Of a stretch of 64,000 nt of DNA, positions 1 to 8,815 are shown in pieces. A program made the position numbers and the translations under genes. Every line of letters begins with the position of its first letter. Position 1 is the first letter of the stretch. The DNA comes from Eubacteriales bacterium (lineage in GTDB: Bacteria > Bacillota > Clostridia > Oscillospirales > CAG-272), in assembly GCA_045580835.1 (NCBI GenBank), contig JAZNOM010000024.1, positions 410 through 64,409 on the forward strand. The letters run 5' to 3'. The notes beneath the pieces are model-generated. The model saw only the letters and a list, made by a program, of their open reading frames with translations. It had not been told where the DNA came from and ran no database searches.

Positions 1-29
1 TTCATATGATAAAGTGAGGTGAGATATGA

Positions 30-746
30 ATGCCGTTTGAAACATTCAAATGCAGCAATTTGCGAAGGAAAAGCACAATGAAAACGCTTTTCGGGGCGCT
101 TGCGGCATTAGTATTTGTTTGTCTTTCTTTGACCTTAATCTACAATTTTCAGCTTATTCCCGTTCTTATACCGTTTGCAAAAGCAAGTATTTCAACAGAA
201 ATCACAAAAGAAATGCAAAATGTTATAGGTGAATGTATTTCAAGCGGCTCTTACTCGGATTTTGTAAATCTTACCTACAATTCCGAGGGAAACGTTACTT
301 CGCTAAAAACCAACTCTTCGAGCATCGCGCTTGTATGCAGTAATATTACAAAAGCCGCAATAAATAACCTCACCGATAATAATACCATAGCGGTAAGAAT
401 ACCGCTTGGAACATTAAGCGGCGGAGCGGTTTTGGCAGGCAAAGGTCCCGACATAAAAATAAAAGTGAGAGTTTCACCGAAAGTTACCGTTTCTGCCGAA
501 AACGAGTTTTACGAAAGCGGAATTAATCAAACCTTGCACCGTATTGTAGCAAAGTTAAATGTAAAAGCATATGCACTGCTTCCGCTTTTTCCGCAAGAGA
601 TTGACGTAGCAACCGAATACTGCATCGCAGAAACGGTGATTGTAGGAAAAGTTCCGGACGCATATACAAAAATCAACCGCCTTGACGACGACCTTTTGGA
701 AAGTGACATTGACGATATATACGACTTTGGTGCAACTTTAGATTAA
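30..746 (+). CDS. yunB: Sporulation protein YunB family, with a single N-terminal TM helix
   Basis: 238-aa ORF. N-terminal hydrophobic helix LFGALAALVFVCLSLTLIY. Motifs typical of YunB: IPLGTLSGG..GKGPDIKIKV, GINQTLHRI, IVGKVPDAY. RBS GGTGAG upstream of ATG 30. ATG 78 is an alternative start. Confidence 0.75.
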   Translation: MPFETFKCSNLRRKSTMKTLFGALAALVFVCLSLTLIYNFQLIPVLIPFAKASISTEITKEMQNVIGECISSGSYSDFVNLTYNSEGNVTSLKTNSSSIALVCSNITKAAINNLTDNNTIAVRIPLGTLSGGAVLAGKGPDIKIKVRVSPKVTVSAENEFYESGINQTLHRIVAKLNVKAYALLPLFPQEIDVATEYCIAETVIVGKVPDAYTKINRLDDDLLESDIDDIYDFGATLD

Positions 747-824
747 ATTTGAAATATTTTGTTGCCATGTGCTTTAAGTTATGCTAAAATAGTGTTAATA
801 CAATTAACCCATGAGGTGAGAGTT

Positions 825-1607
825 ATGTCTAAAGAAAAGATGGTTTATTTTCGCACCGCGCTTGGCGGATTCAATCGCGATGATGTAAACAGTTATATTG
901 AAAAACTAAATGCCGAATTTGCAGAACGCGAACGCCTTGCTAAGAAAAGACTTGAAGCAGCTGACGCTAGAATTGCAGAACTTGAGAGCAAAAAAAGCGA
1001 GCTTGATGCTGCAAATGCACATATTAGCGAGCTTGAAAAAGAAGCCGAAACACGCGAAAAGCTTATTGCAGAATACATAACCAAAGTTGAGCAGCAGGCT
1101 GCAGAAATTGACAATCTTAACATTTCAAAGGATGATGCAGAAAGCGAAATTTCTTTGCTCACCGAAAAAATAGCTTCTCTCTCCGAAGCTATCAGCAAAT
1201 CCGAAAAATATGATGATATCAGCGGTCAAATCGGCGAAATAATCCTTTCTGCACGCTCTACCGCGGAGGACATAATAGCAAAAGCCGAGGACGATGCTGC
1301 TGCAAAGCGCGCTGCCGCCGACTCCGAAATGGAAACTGCTGCCGCTAATTTCAATGCACGTGCCGCAACCGCCGCTTACGCTATCAAGAGCCAAATGAAA
1401 AAGCTTGCTCGCGATTCATATGCTACCGTTGCAGAAAAGGCAAACGAAACCTCGGAAATGCTCCGTAATCTCGCTGCTCATATTAGCAGTGCAGCAGATG
1501 ACTTTGAAGCAAAACTTGAAAACGGAAAGACTGATGCAGAAGCTGCAATTTCGGCTGAAGCTGCAAGAATTTTTACCGACGATAACCGTCTTTCTTTAAA
1601 AAAATAA
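825..1607 (+). CDS. DivIVA-domain coiled-coil protein
   Basis: N-terminus FRTALGGFNRDDVNSYIEKLN matches the DivIVA N-terminal motif. The rest is Ala/Glu/Lys-rich coiled coil. RBS GAGGTGAG lies 4 nt before ATG 825. The upstream part of ORF 759 has no RBS. Confidence 0.75.
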   Translation: MSKEKMVYFRTALGGFNRDDVNSYIEKLNAEFAERERLAKKRLEAADARIAELESKKSELDAANAHISELEKEAETREKLIAEYITKVEQQAAEIDNLNISKDDAESEISLLTEKIASLSEAISKSEKYDDISGQIGEIILSARSTAEDIIAKAEDDAAAKRAAADSEMETAAANFNARAATAAYAIKSQMKKLARDSYATVAEKANETSEMLRNLAAHISSAADDFEAKLENGKTDAEAAISAEAARIFTDDNRLSLKK

Positions 1608-2128
1608 TGAAAAGTTACTCAACACAAAACTACAGAGAGTGGGCTAAAGAGGTAAAAGCCGGTGACGAGATCCTGCTTTCAGGCATTGTTTACACCTCGC
1701 GCGACGCCGCCCATAAGCGCATTTTTGAGGCTATGAAAAGCGGCGTAGCTTTGCCCTATGACATTAAAGATGCTTTTATTTACTACGCAGGTCCGACTCC
1801 TGCAAAAAGCGGTGCCGTAGGCTCATGCGGACCTACCACCTCTTCACGCATGGATGTATTTGCACCTACACTTTACAACATGGGGCTTGCCGCAACCATA
1901 GGCAAAGGTGACAGAAGCGAAGAGGTTTACAACGCTATCACAAAAAATGGCGGTATCTACCTCTGCGCGATAGGCGGCGCAGGTGCGCTTGCTTCAAAAG
2001 CGATTATTTCTGCCGAAGTTATCGCATATGATGACCTTGGTTGCGAATCGGTAAAGCGTTTTGAAATCAAAGACTTTCCTCTCTACGTAGCAATAGATAC
2101 GCACGGCAACAGTATCTTTAAGAATTAG
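1607..2128 (+). CDS. Fe-S hydro-lyase beta subunit (C-terminal domain family of class I fumarate hydratase / L(+)-tartrate dehydratase)
   Basis: 173 aa. Motifs GIVYTSRDAAHKR, YYAGPTP, GSCGPTTSSRMD and IGKG are typical of FumA_C/TtdB. The start overlaps the upstream stop (TAATG). Confidence 0.85.
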   Translation: MKSYSTQNYREWAKEVKAGDEILLSGIVYTSRDAAHKRIFEAMKSGVALPYDIKDAFIYYAGPTPAKSGAVGSCGPTTSSRMDVFAPTLYNMGLAATIGKGDRSEEVYNAITKNGGIYLCAIGGAGALASKAIISAEVIAYDDLGCESVKRFEIKDFPLYVAIDTHGNSIFKN

Positions 2129-2141
2129 AAAGGAGTCTGCC

Positions 2142-3014
2142 GTGATGTCTATAGGAAGCAAAATTAAAATATTACGAAAAAAGCGCGGTATGACTCAAGC
2201 TATGCTTGCCGAAGGCATAATAACTCGCGGAATGTTAAGCCGCATCGAAAGCGGTAGTGCGATGCCCTCTATGCAATCGCTTAACGCACTTGCTTTAAAG
2301 CTTGATGTTTCGCCGTCCTTTTTGATTGAAGACGGCGATGATATTTTGCCCGCTGAACGAGCGCGGCTTGCCAAAGCCATTGAAAAAGAGTATAAGGACG
2401 GTAACTATCAAGACTGTTTGAGTCTATTTGAGTATTTACATCTTGAAACTGACGCGAAATTTGCCCCGATTTTTGTTTGCTCTGCTTTTGAGCGTGCAAA
2501 ACTACATTTTTTCAAGGGCGAGTTTAGTTTATCGAAAGAACTGCTAAAGCAGGCAGAATCGGTTTTACCGAGTTTGCTCATACCGCCTGCAAATATTTCG
2601 CAAAAGCAAATAGCTTTATTGTTTGCTGTTATTGAAAACATTGATAATATAGATAATGCCATTGATATTGCGGATGAAAAACCCGACTTTTCATCTTCGC
2701 TTTCTGTTTTTTTCACAATGCTTAAGTTGATTAAATCAGGCAACCATGCGGAATGTGTTTCTCTTATGAAATTCTGCGACATTGACGGCATCTACAAAGA
2801 TTACATTAATGCGCAAATCACTATTACGAACTATAAATTCATTGACGCAATTCTTTCAATGAAATCAATTATGTCAAATGAAGATTGCCCGGTATTTTTA
2901 AAATTGCTTTGCCTTTCTTCAATAGAAAACTGTTGTAAGCTTTGCGAGGACTACAAAGGTGCATATGAAAACCATTTAGCATACCAAGCATTGCTTGACA
3001 GTATCAACAGATAA
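2142..3014 (+). CDS. XRE-family HTH transcriptional regulator with a roughly 220-aa helical C-terminal domain
   Basis: N-terminal HTH: IKILRKKRGMTQAMLAEGIITRGMLSRIESGSAMPSMQSLNALALKLDVS. Total length 290 aa. GTG 2142 or ATG 2145 follows RBS AAAGGAG. Confidence 0.8.
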   Translation: MMSIGSKIKILRKKRGMTQAMLAEGIITRGMLSRIESGSAMPSMQSLNALALKLDVSPSFLIEDGDDILPAERARLAKAIEKEYKDGNYQDCLSLFEYLHLETDAKFAPIFVCSAFERAKLHFFKGEFSLSKELLKQAESVLPSLLIPPANISQKQIALLFAVIENIDNIDNAIDIADEKPDFSSSLSVFFTMLKLIKSGNHAECVSLMKFCDIDGIYKDYINAQITITNYKFIDAILSMKSIMSNEDCPVFLKLLCLSSIENCCKLCEDYKGAYENHLAYQALLDSINR

Positions 3015-3021
3015 TTTAACG

Positions 3022-3050
3022 CCGCATGGGTTCTTCCCTGCGGTGTTTTT
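3022..3050 (+). terminator. Rho-independent terminator after the XRE regulator
   Basis: CCGCAtGGG-ttctt-CCCTGCGG stem followed by TGTTTTTG. Confidence 0.65.
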
Positions 3051-3232
3051 GTTTGTTTTGCATAAACCCGTGAAAATACTTCAACAAATTCTGTCAAATT
3101 TTTAACTTAATTTTATTTGAAAAAACAAATGTTTTATGATATAGTATATAATGGGAAAGAAAAGGGGTTTTACCTATTTCCTGTTTTGCGAAAATAAAAA
3201 CAAAATATAAATTTAGTAAACGGAGGTTTACA

Positions 3233-4693
3233 ATGGAGAACAAAATTCAGAGTGCAGCTGCTCTCCGTCGCGCTCTCGGCAAAAAAGATGCTGAAAGCGT
3301 AAAGGCTGCTGCAACGGCAAAAACATACTCCGCAAGACAGCTTATTGCTTCTGTTCTTGACGAAGGTACTTTTGCTGAAATCGGCGCATATGTAAAGCGC
3401 GCTCCCGAAAGTGAAGAATTTGAGGGCGTAATTTGCGGATACGGCGCTATTGACAGCCGTCTTGTGTTTATCTTTGCACAGGACTTCTACCGCATGAAGG
3501 GTGCTTTTGACGATGTTCAGGCAAAGAAGATATGCTCCCTTTACGACCTTGCTATCAAAAACGGTGCGCCCGTTATCGGTATCTTTAACAGTGCCGGTGC
3601 CGTAATCAGCGAAGGTGTTGACGCACTCGGCGCATACGGCAGAGTTATGAATGCCGTTTCTAAGGCATCCGGTATCATTCCTCAGATTGCATACGTTGAC
3701 GGTATTTGTGCAGGCAGTACTGCCGTAATCGCATCTATGTTTGACATTGCCGTTTCCGTAAAGGACAAGTCCAGCGTATATGTTAATCCTCCCACGCTTC
3801 TCGGCGGCAAGGCCGGTACAAGCGAATACGCAAGTGCAAACGGTCTTATTTCCAAGGTTTATGCAACCGAGGCAGAAGCTCTCGGCGGCATCCGTACCCT
3901 TGTAAACTATCTCCCCCAAAACAACATGGAAGGCACTGTTACTGAAATGATAACAGATGACCTTAACCGCCTTGTTGATGTTTCTTTTGTAGCAAACGGT
4001 GAATACGATGTTAAAAATGTCATCGGTGCGGTTACAGACAATGCAAACTTTATTGAACTCTCCGAAGAATATGCTCCCGAAGCAGTTTGCGCTCTTGCAA
4101 CAATCGGCGGAAGCGTTACAGGTGTTGTTGCAAACCAGCCTAAAGTAAACGGCGGCAGACTCACTCCCTTCGGTGCAAGAAAGATTGCAAAATTTGTTTC
4201 CATGTGTGATAGTTTTGCTATCCCCGTACTTACTCTCGTTGACAGTGAAGGCTTTGCTGTAGGCGATGAATATGAGAATATGCCTTTTGCGGCTGAACTT
4301 TCAAAGCTTGCATACGCATACTCCGGCGCTACAACAGCAAAGGTTACCGTAGTACTCGGCAACGCATTCGGCGGTGCATTTACTCTCATGGGTTCAAAAT
4401 CCATCGGCGCGGATGTTGCCTTTTCTCTCGACAGTGCAAAGATCAGCATAATGTCGCCGCGAAGCGCGGTTGCATTCCTTTGCAACGAAAAAGTTGCGAA
4501 GAAAACTCGCGAAGAAGTTGAAGCAAATTGGGCTGCTGAAAATGCAGCACCCGTAAAGGCTGCCGTTCACGGTGAAATCGATGACATCATCGAGTCCGCA
4601 GAACTTCGTCAGCGCATCTGTGCTGCCCTTTCGATGCTTGCTTCCAAGTGCGGCACCGCTCCCGAGCGCAGACATCCCAACATGCCCCTTTAA
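3233..4693 (+). CDS. Acyl-CoA-type (12S / MmdA-like) carboxyltransferase subunit, divergent
   Basis: 486 aa with the two-domain carboxyl transferase pattern: FAQDFYRMKGAF..KI; GIFNSAGAVISEGVDALGAYG; SGIIPQIAYVDGICAGS; C-domain VANQPKVNGG.L; KIAKFVSMCDSF.IPVLTLVDSEGF; VVLGNAFGGAF. Strong RBS ACGGAGG. Confidence 0.85.
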   Translation: MENKIQSAAALRRALGKKDAESVKAAATAKTYSARQLIASVLDEGTFAEIGAYVKRAPESEEFEGVICGYGAIDSRLVFIFAQDFYRMKGAFDDVQAKKICSLYDLAIKNGAPVIGIFNSAGAVISEGVDALGAYGRVMNAVSKASGIIPQIAYVDGICAGSTAVIASMFDIAVSVKDKSSVYVNPPTLLGGKAGTSEYASANGLISKVYATEAEALGGIRTLVNYLPQNNMEGTVTEMITDDLNRLVDVSFVANGEYDVKNVIGAVTDNANFIELSEEYAPEAVCALATIGGSVTGVVANQPKVNGGRLTPFGARKIAKFVSMCDSFAIPVLTLVDSEGFAVGDEYENMPFAAELSKLAYAYSGATTAKVTVVLGNAFGGAFTLMGSKSIGADVAFSLDSAKISIMSPRSAVAFLCNEKVAKKTREEVEANWAAENAAPVKAAVHGEIDDIIESAELRQRICAALSMLASKCGTAPERRHPNMPL

Positions 4694-4704
4694 GGAGGTA
4701 AACG

Positions 4705-5097
4705 ATGTTTGATTTTCTTTTAGACGCTGCTGCTCAAATCAGGCAGGTTCCTCACGAAACCATCAGCGAGAAACTCGCGGTTGGCGGCGAGGTTACACTC
4801 CGCGGCATGGGCACGGTTTTTGCAGTACTTATCCTTATTTGGATATTGGTTGAATTTCTGCATCTGCTTTTAGGTGTAAAAACTCCCAAGGCGGAACAAA
4901 AAACAGAAGTTGCTTCCGCTCCCGTAGAGGAAACCGTTGAAGAAGTGCCCGCATCAGCTCCGGCTCCCGTAGCTGATGACCTTGCGCTTATCGCAGTAAT
5001 TACTGCAGCAGTTGCCGCGGCAAGCGGCTCATCGCCAAACTCTTTCAGAGTTGTTTCTTTCAAACGCGCTAACAATAAGTTTTCCAGTGGAAAATAA
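4705..5097 (+). CDS. OadG/MmdD-like small membrane subunit of a Na+-translocating decarboxylase
   Basis: 130 aa. One TM helix (GMGTVFAVLILIWILVEFL) followed by an Ala/Pro/Glu-rich tail. Sits between the carboxyltransferase and the biotin carrier. RBS AAGGAGG. Confidence 0.65.
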   Translation: MFDFLLDAAAQIRQVPHETISEKLAVGGEVTLRGMGTVFAVLILIWILVEFLHLLLGVKTPKAEQKTEVASAPVEETVEEVPASAPAPVADDLALIAVITAAVAAASGSSPNSFRVVSFKRANNKFSSGK

Positions 5098-5116
5098 TCA
5101 TAAGGAGATTAACAAA

Positions 5117-5500
5117 ATGAAACAGTATACAATTACAGTTAACGGCGTTTCCTACGACGTTACAGTTGAAGAAATCGGCGGAACGCCCGCTATCCCCGTA
5201 GCTGCAGCTCCCGTAGCCGCTCCTGCTGCGGCACCAGCAGCACCCGCGGCAGCTCCCGCTGCTCCCAAGGCTACCGGTACTGCCGGCGCAGTTAAGGTTA
5301 ACGCCCCCATGCCCGGTACTATCCTCAAGATTAACGTTACCGTAGGTCAGGCTGTTAAATCCGGCGACTCTCTCTGCGTACTCGAAGCTATGAAGATGGA
5401 AAACGATATCCCCGCTCCCAAAGACGGTACCGTTGCTTCTATCGAAGTTACCAAGGGTTCCTCTGTTCAGAGCGGCGACGTTCTCGTAACCCTTAACTGA
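5117..5500 (+). CDS. Biotin carboxyl carrier (1.3S / MmdC / OadA-C-terminal-like biotinyl domain protein)
   Basis: 127 aa from ATG 5117 (RBS AAGGAG). Ala/Pro linker [24 protein letters not shown]. Biotinylation motif [11 protein letters not shown]. Confidence 0.9.
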   Translation: MKQYTITVNGVSYDVTVEEIGGTPAIPVAAAPVAAPAAAPAAPAAAPAAPKATGTAGAVKVNAPMPGTILKINVTVGQAVKSGDSLCVLEAMKMENDIPAPKDGTVASIEVTKGSSVQSGDVLVTLN

Positions 5501-5523
5501 CTTTAAAGAAAGTTGGTACTCAC

Positions 5524-6705
5524 ATGGACTTTATAATGGATTTTGTGAGGAATACCGGCATAAATGAGTTTTTAAACGATCCCGTTTTACTCGGTAAAAC
5601 CCTCGCAATGTATGTTATTATCGGTGTGCTTGTATACCTTGCTATCGGTAAAAAGTTTGAGCCTTTGCTCCTTTTGCCAATCGCTTTTGGTATGCTGCTT
5701 GCCAATCTGCCCGGTGCGGAGCTTTTCCACATGGAATACTTCACCGACCCGAGCGGAAATCTTGACTACGGTCAGATTTTAAAGGGCGGTCTTATCGACA
5801 TCCTTTACCTCGGTGTTAAACTCGGCATTTATCCCTCTCTTATTTTCCTTGGCGTTGGTGCAATGACCGACTTTACTCCTCTTATTGCAAACCCCAAGAG
5901 TTTGCTCCTTGGCGCGGCTGCACAGTTCGGTGTTTTTGCAGCATTCTTTGGTGCGCTCTTCCTTGGATTTGCCCCCGAAGCTGCTGCGGCTATCGGTATT
6001 ATCGGTGGTGCAGACGGCCCCACCGCTATCCTTGTAACAAAGAGCTTGGCTCCTCACCTTCTCGGTGCTATCGCCGTTGCGGCATACTCATACATGGCAC
6101 TTATTCCGATTATTCAGCCTCCCTTTATGAGGCTGCTCACCACAAAAAAAGAGCGTTCTGTTGTGATGAGCAATCTCCGCCCTGTTTCCAAGGTTGAAAA
6201 GATTGTATTCCCTATCGCCGTTACAGTTGTAGTTTGTCTTCTTGTTCCCGATGCCGCTCCGCTCGTAGGTTTCCTTATGCTCGGTAACCTCTTTAACGTT
6301 TGCGGCGTTACCGAACGTCTTTCCAAAACTGCGCAAAATGAGCTCTGCAACATTCTTACAATTTTCCTCGGTGTATCCGTAGGTGCAACCGCAAATGCAG
6401 AAGATTTCCTTTCAAAGGAAACCATTTACATAATTATTCTCGGTCTTACCGCATTCATTCTTGCTACATGTGCAGGAACTCTGTTCGGCAAGCTTATGTA
6501 TCTTGTTACCGGCGGTAAAATCAATCCGCTTATCGGCTCCGCAGGTGTAAGCGCAGTTCCTATGGCTGCACGTGTAAGTAACATGGTTGGCCAGGAGGAA
6601 AATCCCTCCAACTTCCTGCTCATGCACGCAATGGGCCCCAATGTCGCAGGCGTTATCGGCTCTGCGGTTGCCGCAGGTGTGTTCCTGCAGTACTTTATAG
6701 TTTAA
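5524..6705 (+). CDS. Na+-translocating decarboxylase beta subunit (OadB/MmdB/GcdB family)
   Basis: 393-aa polytopic membrane protein with family-typical stretches: [78 protein letters not shown]. Confidence 0.9.
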   Translation: MDFIMDFVRNTGINEFLNDPVLLGKTLAMYVIIGVLVYLAIGKKFEPLLLLPIAFGMLLANLPGAELFHMEYFTDPSGNLDYGQILKGGLIDILYLGVKLGIYPSLIFLGVGAMTDFTPLIANPKSLLLGAAAQFGVFAAFFGALFLGFAPEAAAAIGIIGGADGPTAILVTKSLAPHLLGAIAVAAYSYMALIPIIQPPFMRLLTTKKERSVVMSNLRPVSKVEKIVFPIAVTVVVCLLVPDAAPLVGFLMLGNLFNVCGVTERLSKTAQNELCNILTIFLGVSVGATANAEDFLSKETIYIIILGLTAFILATCAGTLFGKLMYLVTGGKINPLIGSAGVSAVPMAARVSNMVGQEENPSNFLLMHAMGPNVAGVIGSAVAAGVFLQYFIV

Positions 6706-6723
6706 TAAAGAGGTAAAATTCAA

Positions 6724-8121
6724 ATGGCTAAAGTAAAAATTACTGAAACCGTACTGCGTGACTCTCACCAGTCGCTTGCAGCTACGAGAATGACAACCGC
6801 CGAGATGATTCCGATTTTGGAAGCACTCGACGCTGTTGGATATCACGCACTCGAAGCATGGGGCGGTGCTACCTTTGACTCCTGCCTCCGCTTCCTCAAC
6901 GAAGACCCTTGGGAAAGACTCCGCACCATCCGCGCGCATGTAAAGAACACCAAGCTCCAGATGCTTTTCCGCGGTCAGAACATTCTCGGCTACCGTCACT
7001 ATGCCGATGACGTAGTTGAATACTTTGTTCAAAAGTCTATTGCAAACGGTATCGACATTATCCGTATTTTTGACGCGCTCAATGACCCCAGAAACCTCAA
7101 GACTGCCATTAATGCGACAAAGAAAGAGGGCGGTCATGTTCAGGTAGCGTTCAGCTATACTACAAGCCCCGTTCATAACAACGATTACTTTGCAAAGCTT
7201 GCAAAGGATATGGAGAGCATGGGTGCTGACTCTATCTGTATCAAGGATATGTCAGGTCTTCTTCTCCCCTACGATGCTTATGACCTCGTTAAAAAGCTTA
7301 AGGCGAGCGTAAATGTTCCGATTGAACTCCACACTCACTACACCGCAGGTGTTGCTTCGATGACTACCATGAAGGCAATTGAAGCTGGCGTTGACATTAT
7401 CGACACCGCTATTTCGCCTTTTGCTATGGGTACCTCACAGCCCGCTACCGAGCCTATTGTTGCCGCTCTTGCAGGTACAGAGTTTGACACCGGTCTTGAC
7501 CTTGAAAAGCTCAATGTTGTATCGAAGTATTTCGACGGCATCCGCGAAAAGTATCTTGAAAGCGGTCTTATCAATCCCAAGGTGCTTAAGGTTGACGTTA
7601 ACGCGCTCCGTTATCAGGTTCCAGGCGGTATGCTTTCAAACCTCGTTTCCCAGCTTAAGCAGGCAGGCAAGCTTGACCAGCTTGACGAGGTTCTTGCGGA
7701 AGTTCCGAGAGTTCGTGCTGACGCCGGCTATCCTCCGCTTGTAACTCCTACTTCGCAGATTGTCGGTACTCAGGCAGTATTCAACGTTATCTCGGGCGAG
7801 CGTTACAAGATTGTAACCAAAGAGTTCAAGGGCATCGTTCACGGCGACTACGGCACCACTCCCGTTCCGATTTCAGCAGAGTTTAAAAAGCAGATTCTCG
7901 GCGACGAAAAGCCCATTACCTGCCGTCCTGCCGACAACATCAAGCCCGAGCTTTCTTCTCTCCGCGAAAAGGTTAAGCCTTATATGGAGCAGGAAGAAGA
8001 CGTGCTTACTTATGCCCTCTTTGAGCAGGTTGCAACCAAGTTCTTTGAGGACAGAAAAGCAAAGCTCTACGAGCTTGACGGCGCAAATGCCGACAAAGAC
8101 CTCGGCGTTCATAGCGTGTAA
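6724..8121 (+). CDS. oadA: Oxaloacetate decarboxylase alpha / transcarboxylase 5S-type pyruvate carboxyltransferase, lacking a biotinyl domain
   Basis: 465 aa. Motifs ITETVLRDSHQSL.ATRM, LEAWGGATFD, RGQN.LGYRHY, IKDM.GLL.P, ELHTH.T.G. The protein ends at ..DLGVHSV with no AMKM motif. Confidence 0.9.
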   Translation: MAKVKITETVLRDSHQSLAATRMTTAEMIPILEALDAVGYHALEAWGGATFDSCLRFLNEDPWERLRTIRAHVKNTKLQMLFRGQNILGYRHYADDVVEYFVQKSIANGIDIIRIFDALNDPRNLKTAINATKKEGGHVQVAFSYTTSPVHNNDYFAKLAKDMESMGADSICIKDMSGLLLPYDAYDLVKKLKASVNVPIELHTHYTAGVASMTTMKAIEAGVDIIDTAISPFAMGTSQPATEPIVAALAGTEFDTGLDLEKLNVVSKYFDGIREKYLESGLINPKVLKVDVNALRYQVPGGMLSNLVSQLKQAGKLDQLDEVLAEVPRVRADAGYPPLVTPTSQIVGTQAVFNVISGERYKIVTKEFKGIVHGDYGTTPVPISAEFKKQILGDEKPITCRPADNIKPELSSLREKVKPYMEQEEDVLTYALFEQVATKFFEDRKAKLYELDGANADKDLGVHSV

Positions 8122-8130
8122 ACTGTATAG

Positions 8131-8161
8131 AAAAACCGAGCAGAAATCTGCTCGGTTTTTT
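8131..8161 (+). terminator. Rho-independent terminator after oadA
   Basis: CCGAGCAGA/TCTGCTCGG stem followed by TTTTTT. Confidence 0.8.
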
Positions 8162-8176
8162 CCGTATAAATATAAC

Positions 8177-8209
8177 AAAAAAGACGGGCAGAAACTGTCC
8201 GTCTTTTTT
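8177..8209. terminator. Bidirectional hairpin terminator, serving rplS on the minus strand
   Basis: AAAAAA-GACGGGCAG-aaa-CTGTCCGTC-TTTTTT. A-tract and T-tract flank the stem. Confidence 0.8.
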
Positions 8210-8228
8210 GACTTGATTTGGGTAAGAC

Positions 8229-8576
8229 TTAGCCTTCGATCTTTTCCTTAACCTTTGCACTCTTACCAACGCGCTCGCGGATGTAGTAAAGCTTCGCACG
8301 GCGAACCTTACCAACTCTTACGAGTTCAACCTTAACAACGTTGGGAGAATGGAGCGGGAATGTCTTTTCAACACCGCAACCATAAGCTACACGTCTTACA
8401 GTGAAGGTTTCCGAGATTCCACCGCCATGCTTTGCAATAACAGTACCCTCGAAAATCTGGATTCTCTCCCTTGCACCCTCTTTGATTCTGTTGTGAACCT
8501 TAACGGTGCTACCGATTTCGATTACAGGGGGATTCTCCTTAATCTGCTCATTAACAAAAGCCTCAATCTTATTCAT
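8229..8576 (-). CDS. rplS: 50S ribosomal protein L19
   Basis: [67 protein letters not shown] is an unmistakable L19 sequence. RBS AAGGAGG before ATG 8576. Confidence 0.97.
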   Translation of the reverse strand: MNKIEAFVNEQIKENPPVIEIGSTVKVHNRIKEGARERIQIFEGTVIAKHGGGISETFTVRRVAYGCGVEKTFPLHSPNVVKVELVRVGKVRRAKLYYIRERVGKSAKVKEKIEG

Positions 8577-8666
8577 TTTTGGGCCCTCCTTATAACATCG
8601 GACATTCATGCAGAGCATTGCAGCGGACTATCCGTAATAAATTGTGTTCATGACACAACGCATTTG

Positions 8667-8695
8667 ATTATAACACATCAAAAATAGTTTTGCAA
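8667..8695 (-). promoter_or_regulatory. Sigma-A-type promoter for rplS
   Basis: On the minus strand: TTGCAA, 17-nt spacer, TATAAT. It lies about 90 nt upstream of the rplS start. Confidence 0.55.
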
Positions 8696-8749
8696 TAGGT
8701 AAACGCAAAATTTTTAGCAGATTTTGCAAATTTTCTTCTAATATAAATA

Positions 8750-8778
8750 TTGAATTAAATATATAATTATGCTATAAT
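8750..8778 (+). promoter_or_regulatory. Sigma-A-type promoter for the apgM-like / lepB / rbgA array
   Basis: TTGAAT, 17-nt spacer, TATAAT, ending 38 nt upstream of ATG 8816. Confidence 0.5.
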
Positions 8779-8815
8779 ATTAAAATAATATTTATAATTC
8801 CGAAAGGCAACGATC

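Noticed and set aside
3129-3197. 22-codon ORF downstream of the XRE regulator, considered as a possible signalling-peptide gene.
   Set aside because: No RBS, no secretion or export-type N-terminus, and it overlaps a TATAAT-like element. It is kept only as a note in a finding and not called as a feature.
3170-3919. Long antisense ORFs opposite well-supported genes. Examples: 3170-3919, 6412-7176, 9041-9880, 15701-16486, 18349-19227, 27289-27906, 28645-29190, 41101-41898 and 48266-48850.
   Set aside because: Each lies entirely within, and antisense to, a gene with unmistakable family motifs. Their translations are Cys/Phe/Asn/Val-rich low-complexity strings with no recognisable motif and no RBS. 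They are typical shadow ORFs of biased codon usage.
5012-5116. N-terminal extensions offered by the ORF track. Examples: 5012 for the biotin carrier, 759 for DivIVA, 15779 for tig, 22133, 41930, 42360, 44460, 56046, 58454, 62335 and 62401.
   Set aside because: In each case an internal ATG has a good Shine-Dalgarno sequence at 5-9 nt and yields the expected family N-terminus or a signal peptide. The extension overlaps the upstream gene or lacks an RBS.
5190-5275. Repetitive GCNCCN-rich DNA (gctgcagctcccgtagccgctcctgctgcg...), considered as a possible tandem repeat element.
   Set aside because: It encodes the Ala/Pro flexible linker of the biotin carrier protein, so it is a coding low-complexity region rather than a repeat element or CRISPR.
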